Part shown: positions 46,788-56,213 of the stretch, in pieces | Layout: every line of letters starts with the position of its first letter | How positions within the stretch are numbered: position 1 is the stretch's first letter | Source: Acidobacteriota bacterium | GTDB taxonomy: Bacteria; Acidobacteriota; JAQAZP01 | DNA length: 61,824 nt | Reading direction: 5' to 3' | Assembly (NCBI GenBank): GCA_032127265.1 | Contig: JAQAZP010000049.1 | Location: 1 to 61,824, forward strand | Made by a program: the position numbers and the translations under genes | Notes under the pieces: generated by a model | The model's database searches: none | What the model was told of the DNA's origin: nothing | Seen by the model: only the letters and a program-made list of their open reading frames with translations

Positions 46788-47721
46788 CCGGCCGCCAGAA
46801 ACGGAATTCCCTGGTGATGGTGAACCCGAGGATCAGGTCACCATAGTCGCGGAAAGTATTGGTGGCGATTCCGGCGGCCCCGAAATATTGTGTGTTGGAG
46901 ACCACCAGGGCAAAGGTGTGCTTGTTGGTGGTGGCCCGAAGGGAAGTCGAGAGCACCGGGTAGCGCTCCTTGAACCCGCCGACGTTGGCCACGATTTCGC
47001 CGTGCCAGGAGAAACCGGGGGTGAAACGGATGTCCAGGGTCCCCGGAACGGCCATCGAGTAGTCCTGGTCGCCGCGGTCCCTGTTCTCGTTGTAGGAATC
47101 GGAGTGGTAGAGCAGGCCGGTGCCCACCCTGACCCGCCGGCCGAAGGTGCGGTTGATCGCCAGTTGACCGAAGTAGCCCTCCCTGTCATCGGCGTCCTTG
47201 ACCGAGAACCAGGTCACCCCGCCGCGCACCGAGACGTCGAGGAGGTGTTTGTCCTGTTTCAACGCATGGTATTTGAGATCGAGATCCCAGGTGTCGGTCT
47301 TGAACCTGTCCGCCGTACCGTTGATCCGTTGCAGACCCACGTCGAGGCCATCGAAAATGCCGTAACGGGCGGCAAGGCCGATCTTCAGCTGGCCGTTGTC
47401 AAAGCCGAGGAAGTTGTGGAACGGTTCCTCGGTGAACGTCTTCCAGGTCCGGTGGTCGAGGACGAAAATAAGCGCCCCCCGCCGGGTGGTGCGGGCCTCA
47501 AGCACGTTGATCGTCCGCTCGCTGCGCGCCCTGCCCTCGTCGTCCCAGGTGTCGAGGCCGTCAACCTCCTCGATAATATCGATTTCCTCTATCTCATCCA
47601 CTGCCTCTTCGGCAGACACCTGGCCATCCTCCCCGGCAGCGGCATAGATCTGGCCAGTTGACAAAACTGCGGCAAACCCGAACAGCAGGCCAAACAAGAA
47701 GACCTTCCGGAGTTGTCTCAT
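46780..47721 (-). CDS. Outer membrane beta-barrel protein (DUF5777-like)
   Basis: Signal peptide; F.LDHR, FLGFD, HTFALVVSNT and terminal LGFTITREF pattern. AAGGAGG RBS. Confidence 0.7.
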   Translation of the reverse strand: MRQLRKVFLFGLLFGFAAVLSTGQIYAAAGEDGQVSAEEAVDEIEEIDIIEEVDGLDTWDDEGRARSERTINVLEARTTRRGALIFVLDHRTWKTFTEEPFHNFLGFDNGQLKIGLAARYGIFDGLDVGLQRINGTADRFKTDTWDLDLKYHALKQDKHLLDVSVRGGVTWFSVKDADDREGYFGQLAINRTFGRRVRVGTGLLYHSDSYNENRDRGDQDYSMAVPGTLDIRFTPGFSWHGEIVANVGGFKERYPVLSTSLRATTNKHTFALVVSNTQYFGAAGIATNTFRDYGDLILGFTITREFRFWRPGE

Positions 47722-47863
47722 CTTAAGATCCTCCTTGGGAACAGTCGGGACCGGAGATCAGTCCTGAAATGCGGTTTCGACACCAGAATTTTTCATTCTA
47801 TGACAAAACCGTAAAAAAACGGCAGTCATCTGTCAAGCGGACGACCGCGAAGAGAAAGCAGGA

Positions 47864-48463
47864 TCAGGGAGACGCGTCCCCATCGGTGCGCAGGGGCACC
47901 GTGACCACCGACGAGAATTCAACCGGCTGGCCGGCGCTCCTGGCTGGCTGAAACGTGTATTCAGCCAGGGCGTCGAGCACCAGCCGGTCCACATCAACGC
48001 TGCCCGAGGTGGAGACCAGTTTGAGATCGGTGACCATGCCGTCCTTGCCCACCCGCACATAGACCCGCGGGTTGTCCAGCGAACCGCTGCTCAGCAGGGA
48101 CGCCGGAATGTCCGGCCGTTGGCCGCTGATCCGCCGGGGAGGCTTAATCCGCTTCCCGGAACCGTCAAGGGAAAGAATGCCCCCGGGTTCCTCACCCTCC
48201 ACATCGGGAACGGAGAGGGGTCCAGCGCCGGCCGGCGGCTCCCCCGGCAGGGACGGGAGATCCTCCGCTGCCCGCTCCGGGGCAACCACGACGACGGATT
48301 CGGGCGAATCGCCCCCGGCGGCGGGATCTGTTTCACCCGCACGCTGGAACCACTTGATCGAAAAAAAGGCGAGCAGAATGATCGCCACCCCGACATAGAG
48401 CACTGGTCTGGGCAAGCGCACTCTGCGGCGGTTCTTCAGGTGGTCAAACTGGAACTCGTTCAT
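47864..48463 (-). CDS. TonB-family energy transducer
   Basis: Single N-terminal TM segment, Pro-rich linker, and C-terminal V.KDG.V..SGS..VD..L.A..FQPA..GQPV. Confidence 0.8.
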   Translation of the reverse strand: MNEFQFDHLKNRRRVRLPRPVLYVGVAIILLAFFSIKWFQRAGETDPAAGGDSPESVVVVAPERAAEDLPSLPGEPPAGAGPLSVPDVEGEEPGGILSLDGSGKRIKPPRRISGQRPDIPASLLSSGSLDNPRVYVRVGKDGMVTDLKLVSTSGSVDVDRLVLDALAEYTFQPARSAGQPVEFSSVVTVPLRTDGDASP

Positions 48464-49037
48464 TGGGGTTCCCGGCCAGTTCGTTCTTCAGATACTGGGT
48501 CAGGATATGGATCAGGATCAGGTGGGCCTCTTCCGAGAGACCGTAGTTCTTCGGGCTGACCACCAGGGCCTGGTCGGCCAGACCGGCCAGCTTGCCGCCG
48601 CCGAAGCCCACCAGGCCGAGGGTGGACGCACCGTGGGCCTTGGCAAACTCGATGGCCCGCAGCACATTCGGCGAATTGCCCGAAGCACTGATGCCGATGG
48701 CCACGTCCCCCGGTTCAACCAGCCCGCGAAGCTGCTCCTCGAAGATCTCTTCGTAACTGTAGTCGTTTCCCACCGCGGTGAGTACGGCAATGTTCTCACT
48801 GAGGCTGATCGCCCTGAATCTCGGCTCTCCCGGGCTGGCGGTACCCTTGGCCAGATCCACGGCGAAGTGGGAGGCAGTGACCGCACTGCCGCCGTTGCCG
48901 AAAATGTAGATCCTGTTGCCGCGGCCCCGGGCGCCCTGAAGCATTTCGGCCGCCCGCGCCAACTGCTCTGGTGAGATCTCCACCAGCATCTGCCGCAGAC
49001 GCTCCACGTATTCCTCGCAATAGGCTTCGATTCCCAT
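48444..49037 (-). CDS. gmhA: SIS-domain sedoheptulose-7-phosphate isomerase
   Basis: FGNGGSA, TAVGNDY, ISASGNSPNV and EEAH motifs. Confidence 0.85.
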   Translation of the reverse strand: MGIEAYCEEYVERLRQMLVEISPEQLARAAEMLQGARGRGNRIYIFGNGGSAVTASHFAVDLAKGTASPGEPRFRAISLSENIAVLTAVGNDYSYEEIFEEQLRGLVEPGDVAIGISASGNSPNVLRAIEFAKAHGASTLGLVGFGGGKLAGLADQALVVSPKNYGLSEEAHLILIHILTQYLKNELAGNPNERVPV

Positions 49038-49110
49038 GGTTCCCCTCGACTCCTGATCACCGGGAGCTCAGAGCCGTCCCGTTCCGTTTTCGTTATTGAC
49101 GTATGAGATA

Positions 49111-49139
49111 ACTATAACCGACCGCTCCATGGCTGTCCA
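49111..49139 (-). promoter_or_regulatory. Putative sigma70 promoter of gmhA-tonB
   Basis: Minus strand TGGACA-17 nt-TATAGT. Confidence 0.5.
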
Positions 49140-49184
49140 CGGTGCTCCTTGTCCCACGAGGCAAATACAGATATATTTCCAGAG

Positions 49185-50123
49185 ATGAAATCACCTGCAC
49201 CAGAATCGGAACGGTCACTGCGTCTGCTGATCAGCGGCGCCGGCGGATTGGTGGGCCGGACTCTCGGCCAGGGCCTGTCCGCCGCCGGTCACCAGGTCAC
49301 ACCGCTGGTCCGGCGCCGCCAGGGTGAAGACCCGCCGGCGGAGTCGGTCTGGTGGGATCCCGCCGGAGGGGAGTTGGACCGGCAGGGCCTGGAGGGACAC
49401 CAGGCGGTAATCCACCTGGCCGGTGAAAACCTCGCCGCGGGCCGCTGGACCACGGCCCGCAAGAAACGGATCAGGGAGAGCCGGGTCATGGGGACCGCCC
49501 TGCTGGCCGGCGCCCTGGCCCGGCTGGATGACCCGCCAGAAACGCTGATCACAGCGTCGGCCGTGGGCTACTACGGCAACCGTCCCCCGGACCAGCGGAT
49601 CACCGAGGAGTCGCCCCCGGGCTCGGGCTTTCTCGCCGAGGTCTGCGGCCAGTGGGAAGCGGCAGCCCGGCCGGCCGCCGATGCCGGGATCAGGGTGATC
49701 AATTTGCGGTTTGGCGTGGTGCTCCACCCTGGCGACGGCGCCCTGGCCAGAATGCTGCCGGTGTTCCGTATCGGCCTAGGCGGCCCGGTGGGCCATGGCC
49801 GGCAGATGATGAGCTGGATCACCGCGGACGAACTGCCACCCCTGGTTTCCCACCTGCTCGAACATGATTCGATCAGGGGGCCGGTAAATGCCGTGTCGCC
49901 GAGCCCGGTCTCCAACAGGGAGTTCGGCCTGGCGCTGGGCCGTGCACTCTCCCGCCCGGCGCGGCTACCGCTGCCGGCAGTGGCCGCCAGGCTGATGTTC
50001 GGCGAGATGGCGCAGGAACTGCTGCTCGAAGGCGCCGCGGTCTACCCCCGGGTCCTGCAGGACTCAGGGTATTGCTTCACCCGTCCCGACCTGGAACCGG
50101 CCCTGCGGGCCATGCTCGGCTGA
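49185..50123 (+). CDS. TIGR01777/YfcH-family NAD-dependent epimerase-like oxidoreductase
   Basis: ISGAGGLVG, IHLAGE, SAVGYYG, FLAEVC..WE, GLGGPVG.G.QMMSWI and GPVNAVSP. Confidence 0.9.
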   Translation: MKSPAPESERSLRLLISGAGGLVGRTLGQGLSAAGHQVTPLVRRRQGEDPPAESVWWDPAGGELDRQGLEGHQAVIHLAGENLAAGRWTTARKKRIRESRVMGTALLAGALARLDDPPETLITASAVGYYGNRPPDQRITEESPPGSGFLAEVCGQWEAAARPAADAGIRVINLRFGVVLHPGDGALARMLPVFRIGLGGPVGHGRQMMSWITADELPPLVSHLLEHDSIRGPVNAVSPSPVSNREFGLALGRALSRPARLPLPAVAARLMFGEMAQELLLEGAAVYPRVLQDSGYCFTRPDLEPALRAMLG

Positions 50124-50145
50124 ATGCCCGGGCCCTCCGCGGCGG

Positions 50146-51675
50146 TTACCAGGAAGCCCCCAGCTCACCCACCTCGGATTCCACGGCCTCCAGCACCCGG
50201 CACTGGCGAACCGCGTCGGACATGTTGTTGTGGTCCGGGTAGAGCGGCCGGTCTTCGCCCAGGTGCTCCACCACCTCGCGTACCGCGGCGTGGGCCGCCC
50301 GGGTGCCGCGGCCGGGCTTGTACTCCCTGAAATCCAGCGCCTGGGCCCCGGCGATCAACTCGATGCCCAGCACTCCGCAGGCGTTCTCCAGGATCTGCTT
50401 CGTCTTCAGCGCGGTGTTCATCCCCATGCTGACGAAGTCCTCCTGGTCGGCGGCGGCTGGGATCGACTGGACACAGGCCGGCATGGAGAGGGTCCGCTGC
50501 TCGACGATCAGCATGCCGGCGGTGTACTGGCTGAGCATGTGACCTGAAAACATCCCGGCCCCCTCGGTGAGGAAAGCCGGCAGGCCGGCGCTGAGCGCCG
50601 GATTGAGCAGCCGGTTGAGGCGGCGTTCGGAAAGCACGCTGACCATGGTCACCGAAGCGCCCACCATGTCCAGGGGCAAACTGATCGGCGTGCCCTGGAA
50701 ATTGGCCCCGGTGAGCACCGTGTCCGTCTCGGGCAGGAAGATGGGGTTGTCGCCCACCCCGTTGAGCTCGATCTCGAACTGGGTCCGGGCGTAGGCCAGG
50801 TGGTCGCGGGCCGCCCCGATCACCTGGGGTGTGGAGCGCATGCTGTAGGCGTCCTGGACCTTTGTCTTCACCCCTCCCAGCAGATCGCTCTCCTCGATAC
50901 AGCGGCGGATGTTTCCCGCCGAGGTCACGGCGCCCCGGAACCCGCGCAGCTCGTGCAAGCGGGAGGTATAGGGCTTCATGTTGGCCCGCAGCGCTTCGAG
51001 ACTCATGGCGGCGGCGATTTCGGCCTGCTTGAACCAGCGCTCGGTGTCGTAGATTTCGAGACAGCCCATGCCCGAGATGAGGTTGCTGCCGTTGATCACC
51101 GCCAGCCCGTCACGGGCTTCCAGCTCCACCGGTTTGATCCCCGCCCGGTCCAGCGCTTCCTGCCCGCTGAGCCGCTGTCCCTCGTAGAACGCTTCGCCCT
51201 TGCCCATCATGGCCAGGGCCACCTGGCTCATCGGCGCCAGGTCGCCGCAGGCGCCGACGCTGCCCTTCTCGCAGACCATCGGGGTGACACCCTTGTTCAG
51301 CATCTCGCAGAGGGTCTGGGTCACCACCGGCCGGCATCCGGAATGCCCGTGGGCATGGACGTTGATCCGGGCGAACATGGCCGCCCTGACATGCTCCAGC
51401 GGCGCCGGGTCGCCAATACCGGCGGAATGGTTGTAGATCAGATAGCGTTGGAAATCCTTCAGCTGATCGTCGGAGAGCGCCACTTCGGAGAATTCTCCGA
51501 TTCCCGTGTTGACCCCGTACATGATCTCGCCGGCTTTGATCTTCCCCTCGAGCATGGACCGGCAGATCTTGATTCTCTCCAGCGCCGCCCCATCCAGTTC
51601 GACTTTTTCGTTGTGGCGGGCCACCGCCACCACATCCTCGATGGTCAGGCCGCCGCCGCTTATCGTAATGGCCAT
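50146..51675 (-). CDS. MIO-dependent aromatic amino acid ammonia-lyase (HAL/HutH family)
   Basis: YGVNTGIG, GSVGACGDLAP, NG, VQDAYSMR, DNP, NFQG and QEDFVSMG. The MIO tripeptide reads A-C-G. Confidence 0.88.
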   Translation of the reverse strand: MAITISGGGLTIEDVVAVARHNEKVELDGAALERIKICRSMLEGKIKAGEIMYGVNTGIGEFSEVALSDDQLKDFQRYLIYNHSAGIGDPAPLEHVRAAMFARINVHAHGHSGCRPVVTQTLCEMLNKGVTPMVCEKGSVGACGDLAPMSQVALAMMGKGEAFYEGQRLSGQEALDRAGIKPVELEARDGLAVINGSNLISGMGCLEIYDTERWFKQAEIAAAMSLEALRANMKPYTSRLHELRGFRGAVTSAGNIRRCIEESDLLGGVKTKVQDAYSMRSTPQVIGAARDHLAYARTQFEIELNGVGDNPIFLPETDTVLTGANFQGTPISLPLDMVGASVTMVSVLSERRLNRLLNPALSAGLPAFLTEGAGMFSGHMLSQYTAGMLIVEQRTLSMPACVQSIPAAADQEDFVSMGMNTALKTKQILENACGVLGIELIAGAQALDFREYKPGRGTRAAHAAVREVVEHLGEDRPLYPDHNNMSDAVRQCRVLEAVESEVGELGASW

Positions 51676-51923
51676 GGCGTTCAGATCTCCTAATGATGGT
51701 CGTCTTCCAATTCACATTCAGGCAGGCCGGCATCGCCGCCCGGCAGGGCCGCCACCCGCAAAACAGCCCAATAATAGCGTCGGCGGCCCCGTTCGTCGAG
51801 TGCGAACCGCCCGAAAGCGCCATCGCCCATGATATACTTTTCAGGTCATTCACGAGCCATTGCCCGCTCTGGGAACCTGCGGGGAGACACCCGCAGGCTC
51901 CTGCCACTGGGAGGAAATCATCC

Positions 51924-53414
51924 ATGTCCGGTCTGAGAAAAATCGTTGTCATCGGCTGTCTGTCGCTCCTGTTTACCGTCCCCCTCGCGGCGCAGGACGC
52001 CGCCAGCGAATTTGACCGCTGGTTCGTCGACCGCACCTTCCGCGTGGACTACTACCACATCGGCAATGCCACCGATGAGACGGTGACCGTGGACCGGTTG
52101 TACGACCAGGGACCATGGGCCGGAAGCAGTAAAAACCTGCTCGACACCCGGAACCTCGGCGCCTTTTACGTCAAGGTCTTTGACGCGGCCACCAACCAGC
52201 TGATCTTCAGCCGGGGGTTCGACACCATATTCCGCGAATATCAGACCACCGCCCCGGCAGCCGCGGGGATCAGCCGCACCTTCCACGAGAGTTTCCTGAT
52301 GCCCCGGCCTAAAGGGAAGTTCCAGTGGATGCTCGAGCGCCGCGACGGCTCGAATCACCTGACGCCGGTATTCAGCACGGTGATCGACCCCAACGCAGTG
52401 ACGGTGATCAGGGACGCGCTGATCCCGGGGGTGACCACGGCCATCCACCACGAGTCGGATCATCCTCACCGCTGCGTCGATCTGCTGCTGGTGGCTGACG
52501 GCTACACCGCCGAAGAAGAGGAGAAATTCGCCGCGGACTGCCGACGGATGACCGAGATGCTCTTCCGCTACGAGCCCTACCGCAGCGAGAAATCGGCGAT
52601 CAACGTGCGCAGCGTGTTCCGGGCCAGCGCGGAGAGCGACGTCAGCAAACCGCATTTCGGTGAATTCCGCAGCGGGTCGGTGGGTTGCAGCTTCTATTCC
52701 CTCGGTTCGCCCCGCTACCTGCTCACCGAGGACAACCGGGCGTTACGTGACGTAGCGGCCCACGCCCCCTATGACGCCCTCTGCATCCTGGTCAACACCC
52801 CGACCTACGGCGGCGGCGGGATCTACAATCTCTACGCCACCAATGCCGTGGACAACCAGTGGGCCGAATATCTCTTCATCCACGAGATGGGACACAGCTT
52901 TTCCGGGTTGGCCGACGAGTATTACAGCTCGTCCACCGCCTATGACGAAGAGGCGTTCTATCCGCCCGGCCTGGAGCCGCTGGAGCCCAACATCACCCGC
53001 CTGATCGGCGACCCGCTGCCCAAGTGGCATGACGTGGCTGACGCCGGTGAGTATCCCACGCCCTGGGGCAAGGCCGGCTACGATGCCGCCGACACGGCAT
53101 ACCAGCATGAGCGCGGGGAAATGAACCGACGGATTGCCGAGGCCAAACGGTCAGGCGCCCCGCCCGATGTCATCGCCGGTCTGGAAGAGCAGTCGGCGCG
53201 GCTGAGCCGTGAGGCCGCCGATCAGGCTGACGCCATCCTGCGCGAAGACCCGAACTTCGGCAAGGTCGGCGCCTTCGAGGGCGCCGGCTACTGCAGCAGC
53301 GGCGTATACCGGCCCGAACTGGACTGCATCATGTTCACCAAGGGCAGCAAACCCTTCTGCCGGGTCTGCCGTGCGGCCATCGAGCGTACCATCCGCTATC
53401 AAACCGGGCGGTGA
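51924..53414 (+). CDS. Secreted M64-family metallopeptidase
   Basis: GGAGG RBS, signal peptide, R.DYYH.G N-terminal domain, DGYT, YGGGG, HEMGHSFSGLADEY, EGAGY..YRP..CIM..FC.VC. Confidence 0.88.
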   Translation: MSGLRKIVVIGCLSLLFTVPLAAQDAASEFDRWFVDRTFRVDYYHIGNATDETVTVDRLYDQGPWAGSSKNLLDTRNLGAFYVKVFDAATNQLIFSRGFDTIFREYQTTAPAAAGISRTFHESFLMPRPKGKFQWMLERRDGSNHLTPVFSTVIDPNAVTVIRDALIPGVTTAIHHESDHPHRCVDLLLVADGYTAEEEEKFAADCRRMTEMLFRYEPYRSEKSAINVRSVFRASAESDVSKPHFGEFRSGSVGCSFYSLGSPRYLLTEDNRALRDVAAHAPYDALCILVNTPTYGGGGIYNLYATNAVDNQWAEYLFIHEMGHSFSGLADEYYSSSTAYDEEAFYPPGLEPLEPNITRLIGDPLPKWHDVADAGEYPTPWGKAGYDAADTAYQHERGEMNRRIAEAKRSGAPPDVIAGLEEQSARLSREAADQADAILREDPNFGKVGAFEGAGYCSSGVYRPELDCIMFTKGSKPFCRVCRAAIERTIRYQTGR

Positions 53415-53433
53415 ACCGCATCCGCCATCCGTA

Positions 53434-53478
53434 CATGAAAATGGGGCGACTCGCAGCAGCGGGCCGCCCCTTTTCATG
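53434..53478. terminator. Probable bidirectional terminator between the M64 peptidase and adk
   Basis: CATGAAAA-TGGGGCG...CGCCCC-TTTTCATG inverted repeat. Confidence 0.6.
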
Positions 53479-53611
53479 TGCACTCTCTTCAAAACCTCCG
53501 CTGTGGCCCGAAAGCAAGGCGCAACCAACGAGAAAAGCGGGGCATAATCTTGTGGTATGTGACGCATTTCGAAGGGGCCGGCAACAGAGCAAAGATCCGC
53601 AAGCTGCGGTT

Positions 53612-54181
53612 TTACTCGAAGATCGCGCTGATCCGCTCGAAGACCTCGTCAATAGTCCCAATGCCGTCCACATTACGCACCACGCCCTGGGGTTCGTAGT
53701 ATCCCAGGCACGGCTCGCTCTGGTTCTTGTAGGTGTCGATGCGATTTTGCACGATGGAGCTGTCGGCGTCGTCAGCCCGGCCTTCGATATCCGCCCGCTT
53801 GGAGAGCCGGCCGAAAATCTCTTCCTCGGGCACGGCGATGTTGACCACGTGGTCCAGGGGCAGTCCCAGTTCCTCGAGGATCCCCCCCAGGGCTTCGGCC
53901 TGGGGCACGCTGCGCGGAAAACCATCGAGCAGGAACCCGACCTTGACATCATCGCGCCCCAGGCGCTCGCGCACCATGGCGATGGTCACGTCGTCGGGCA
54001 CCAGCTGGCCCTTGTTGGAGTAGGACTGGGCGGTCCTGCCCAGCTCGGTATCGTTCTTGATGTGGTAGCGGAACATGTCACCGGTGGAGATGTGCGGGAC
54101 ATTCAGCAGTTCGATCAGTTTGGCGGCCTGGGTGCCCTTGCCGGCTCCCGGAGGTCCGAAGAGTACGATGTTCTTGGCCAT
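53612..54181 (-). CDS. adk: Adenylate kinase (short, LID-less type)
   Basis: GPPGAGKGTQA, HISTGDMFR, LLDGFPR and GRADD. Confidence 0.96.
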   Translation of the reverse strand: MAKNIVLFGPPGAGKGTQAAKLIELLNVPHISTGDMFRYHIKNDTELGRTAQSYSNKGQLVPDDVTIAMVRERLGRDDVKVGFLLDGFPRSVPQAEALGGILEELGLPLDHVVNIAVPEEEIFGRLSKRADIEGRADDADSSIVQNRIDTYKNQSEPCLGYYEPQGVVRNVDGIGTIDEVFERISAIFE

Positions 54182-54278
54182 GACATCCTCACTTGTTGAA
54201 AAATAATGCACTTCGTATCAAGCACCTCCCCCGGGGAGGTGAATCGCCGGTTTCACTCCCGGGCCATCGGGGCCCGGC

Positions 54279-56213
54279 TTAGGAGATATCTGCTCCGCTG
54301 GGCAGGTCGCCGTCAACGGTCAGCAGGCGGAGTACCTTGCCCTTTTTCGCCGCCAGCACCATCCCCTGGGAGGGGATGCCGCGGATGGTGGCCGGCTGGA
54401 GGTTGGCCACCACGATCACCAGTTTTCCCACCAGCGTCTCCGGCGGGTAGTGCTCGGCGATCCCCGCCACCAGCTGCCGCTTTTCCCCGCCGATCTCCAC
54501 CTGCAGTTTGAGCAGGCGGTCGGCGTCCGCAACCGTCTCGGCCTCCAGCACCCGGGCCACCTTCAGCGTCACCCTGGCGAAGTCGTCGATGGGGATCAGG
54601 GCCACGCCCTCGGCAACGTCCTTTTCCTTCCCGCCGGATGGTTTCTTCGCCGCGCCCTGGTCCGTCCCGTTTTTCTTCTCGCGCTGGATCCGCGGGAACA
54701 GGGCCTCCATCCCTCCGGCTTGGCGGCCCGGCTCCAGCACGCCCCAGGTTTTCAACGTCTCCAGCCGGGGCTCGATCTCCCCGGCACGGAGGCCGATGGC
54801 CCGGCGCAACTCGCTCATCTTCTGCGGGATCACCGGAAAGAGCAGGCCCGATACGATTCGCAGGCACTCCATGGTGGTGTAGATGGTCCGGCCGAACCCG
54901 GCCATGTCACCGGTCTTCAGCAGGTTCCATGGCGCCTGGTGGTCGAAGTACTTGTTGGCGGCACGGACGGCGCCGATCACTTCGGCCAGCCCGCGGTCGA
55001 GGCTCATGCCCTCCAGGTGGCGCTGCATCGCCTCCACCGCCGCCAGGCAGTGCTGCTGCAGTTCCTCCTCCGCCGCGCCGCCGCCCTCCCGTCCCCGGTC
55101 CGGCACCTTGCCGTCGAGATTGCGTTCCACCATCCTCAGCGCCCGGCTGGCCAGGTTGCCCAGGTCGTTGGCCAGGTCGGCGTTGTAGCGCAGGACAAAG
55201 GCCTCTTCGGTGAAACTGGCGTCCCGCCCCAGGGTCATCTCGGCCATCAGGAAGTAGCGCAGGGCATCCACGCCGTATTTCTCCGCCATCTCCATCGGGT
55301 CGGCGACATTGCCCAGGGACTTTGACATCTTGGTCTTGCCGGTGAGCCACCAGCCGTGCGCAAAAATGGTACGCGGCTGGGGAAGCCCCACAGCCTGGAG
55401 CATGGTGGGCCAGTAAACAGTGTGGGTGGTGAGAATGTCCTTGCCGATGAGGTGTATGCTGGCCGGCCACCACTTGGCAAAGGTCTCCTCGTCGCGGCCG
55501 TAGCCCACGGCACTGATGTAGTTCACCAGGGCATCGAACCAGACATAGCAGACGAAGGCCTCGTCAAAGGGCAGCGGCACGCCCCAGGGCAGCCGGGCCT
55601 TGGGCCGGGAGATGCAGAGGTCGCCCAACGGTTGACGCAGGAATCCGAGGGTCTCGTTGCGGCGATAGTCGGGCTGGATGAATTCCGGGTGGTCGTTGAT
55701 GTAGCCAATGAGCCAGTCCCGGTAATTGCTCATGCGGAAGAAGTAGTTCGACTCGGTGATTTTCTCCACCGGCCGCCCGGTGGGGCTGAGCCCGTCCACC
55801 AGTTCGTCCTCGGTGTAAAACGCCTCATCGCTGACGCAATACCACCCCTCGTATTCACCCCTGTATATCTCGCCCCGGTCGAAGAGGTCCTGCAGGATCT
55901 GCTGCACCACCGCGGTGTGCCGCGGTTCGGTGGTCCGGATGAAATCGTCGTGGGTGATCCCCAGGCGTTTCCAGAGATCCTGGAAGCGAACAACGGTCTG
56001 GTCGCAGTGCTCCAGGGGATCGACGCCCCGCTCCCGCGCCGTTTCATAGACCTTCTGGCCATGTTCGTCGGTGCCGGTGAGGAAGTGGGTCGGCATGCCC
56101 GCCAAACGCTGGTAGCGGGCCAGCACGTCGGCCAGCAGGGTGGTATAGGCATGGCCGATGTGCGGCGCATCATTGACATAATAGATCGGGGTGGTGATGT
56201 AGAAGTGGCTCAT
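54279..56213 (-). CDS. metG: Methionine--tRNA ligase with a C-terminal tRNA-binding domain
   Basis: YYVNDAPHIGH, GTDEHG, YVWFDAL, KMSKS, and C-terminal OB domain VANLQPA.IRG..SQGM. Confidence 0.97.
   Translation of the reverse strand: MSHFYITTPIYYVNDAPHIGHAYTTLLADVLARYQRLAGMPTHFLTGTDEHGQKVYETARERGVDPLEHCDQTVVRFQDLWKRLGITHDDFIRTTEPRHTAVVQQILQDLFDRGEIYRGEYEGWYCVSDEAFYTEDELVDGLSPTGRPVEKITESNYFFRMSNYRDWLIGYINDHPEFIQPDYRRNETLGFLRQPLGDLCISRPKARLPWGVPLPFDEAFVCYVWFDALVNYISAVGYGRDEETFAKWWPASIHLIGKDILTTHTVYWPTMLQAVGLPQPRTIFAHGWWLTGKTKMSKSLGNVADPMEMAEKYGVDALRYFLMAEMTLGRDASFTEEAFVLRYNADLANDLGNLASRALRMVERNLDGKVPDRGREGGGAAEEELQQHCLAAVEAMQRHLEGMSLDRGLAEVIGAVRAANKYFDHQAPWNLLKTGDMAGFGRTIYTTMECLRIVSGLLFPVIPQKMSELRRAIGLRAGEIEPRLETLKTWGVLEPGRQAGGMEALFPRIQREKKNGTDQGAAKKPSGGKEKDVAEGVALIPIDDFARVTLKVARVLEAETVADADRLLKLQVEIGGEKRQLVAGIAEHYPPETLVGKLVIVVANLQPATIRGIPSQGMVLAAKKGKVLRLLTVDGDLPSGADIS

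Noticed and set aside
53612-54181. Truncated adk pseudogene
   Set aside because: Short LID-less adenylate kinases are a known functional type, and all catalytic motifs are present.
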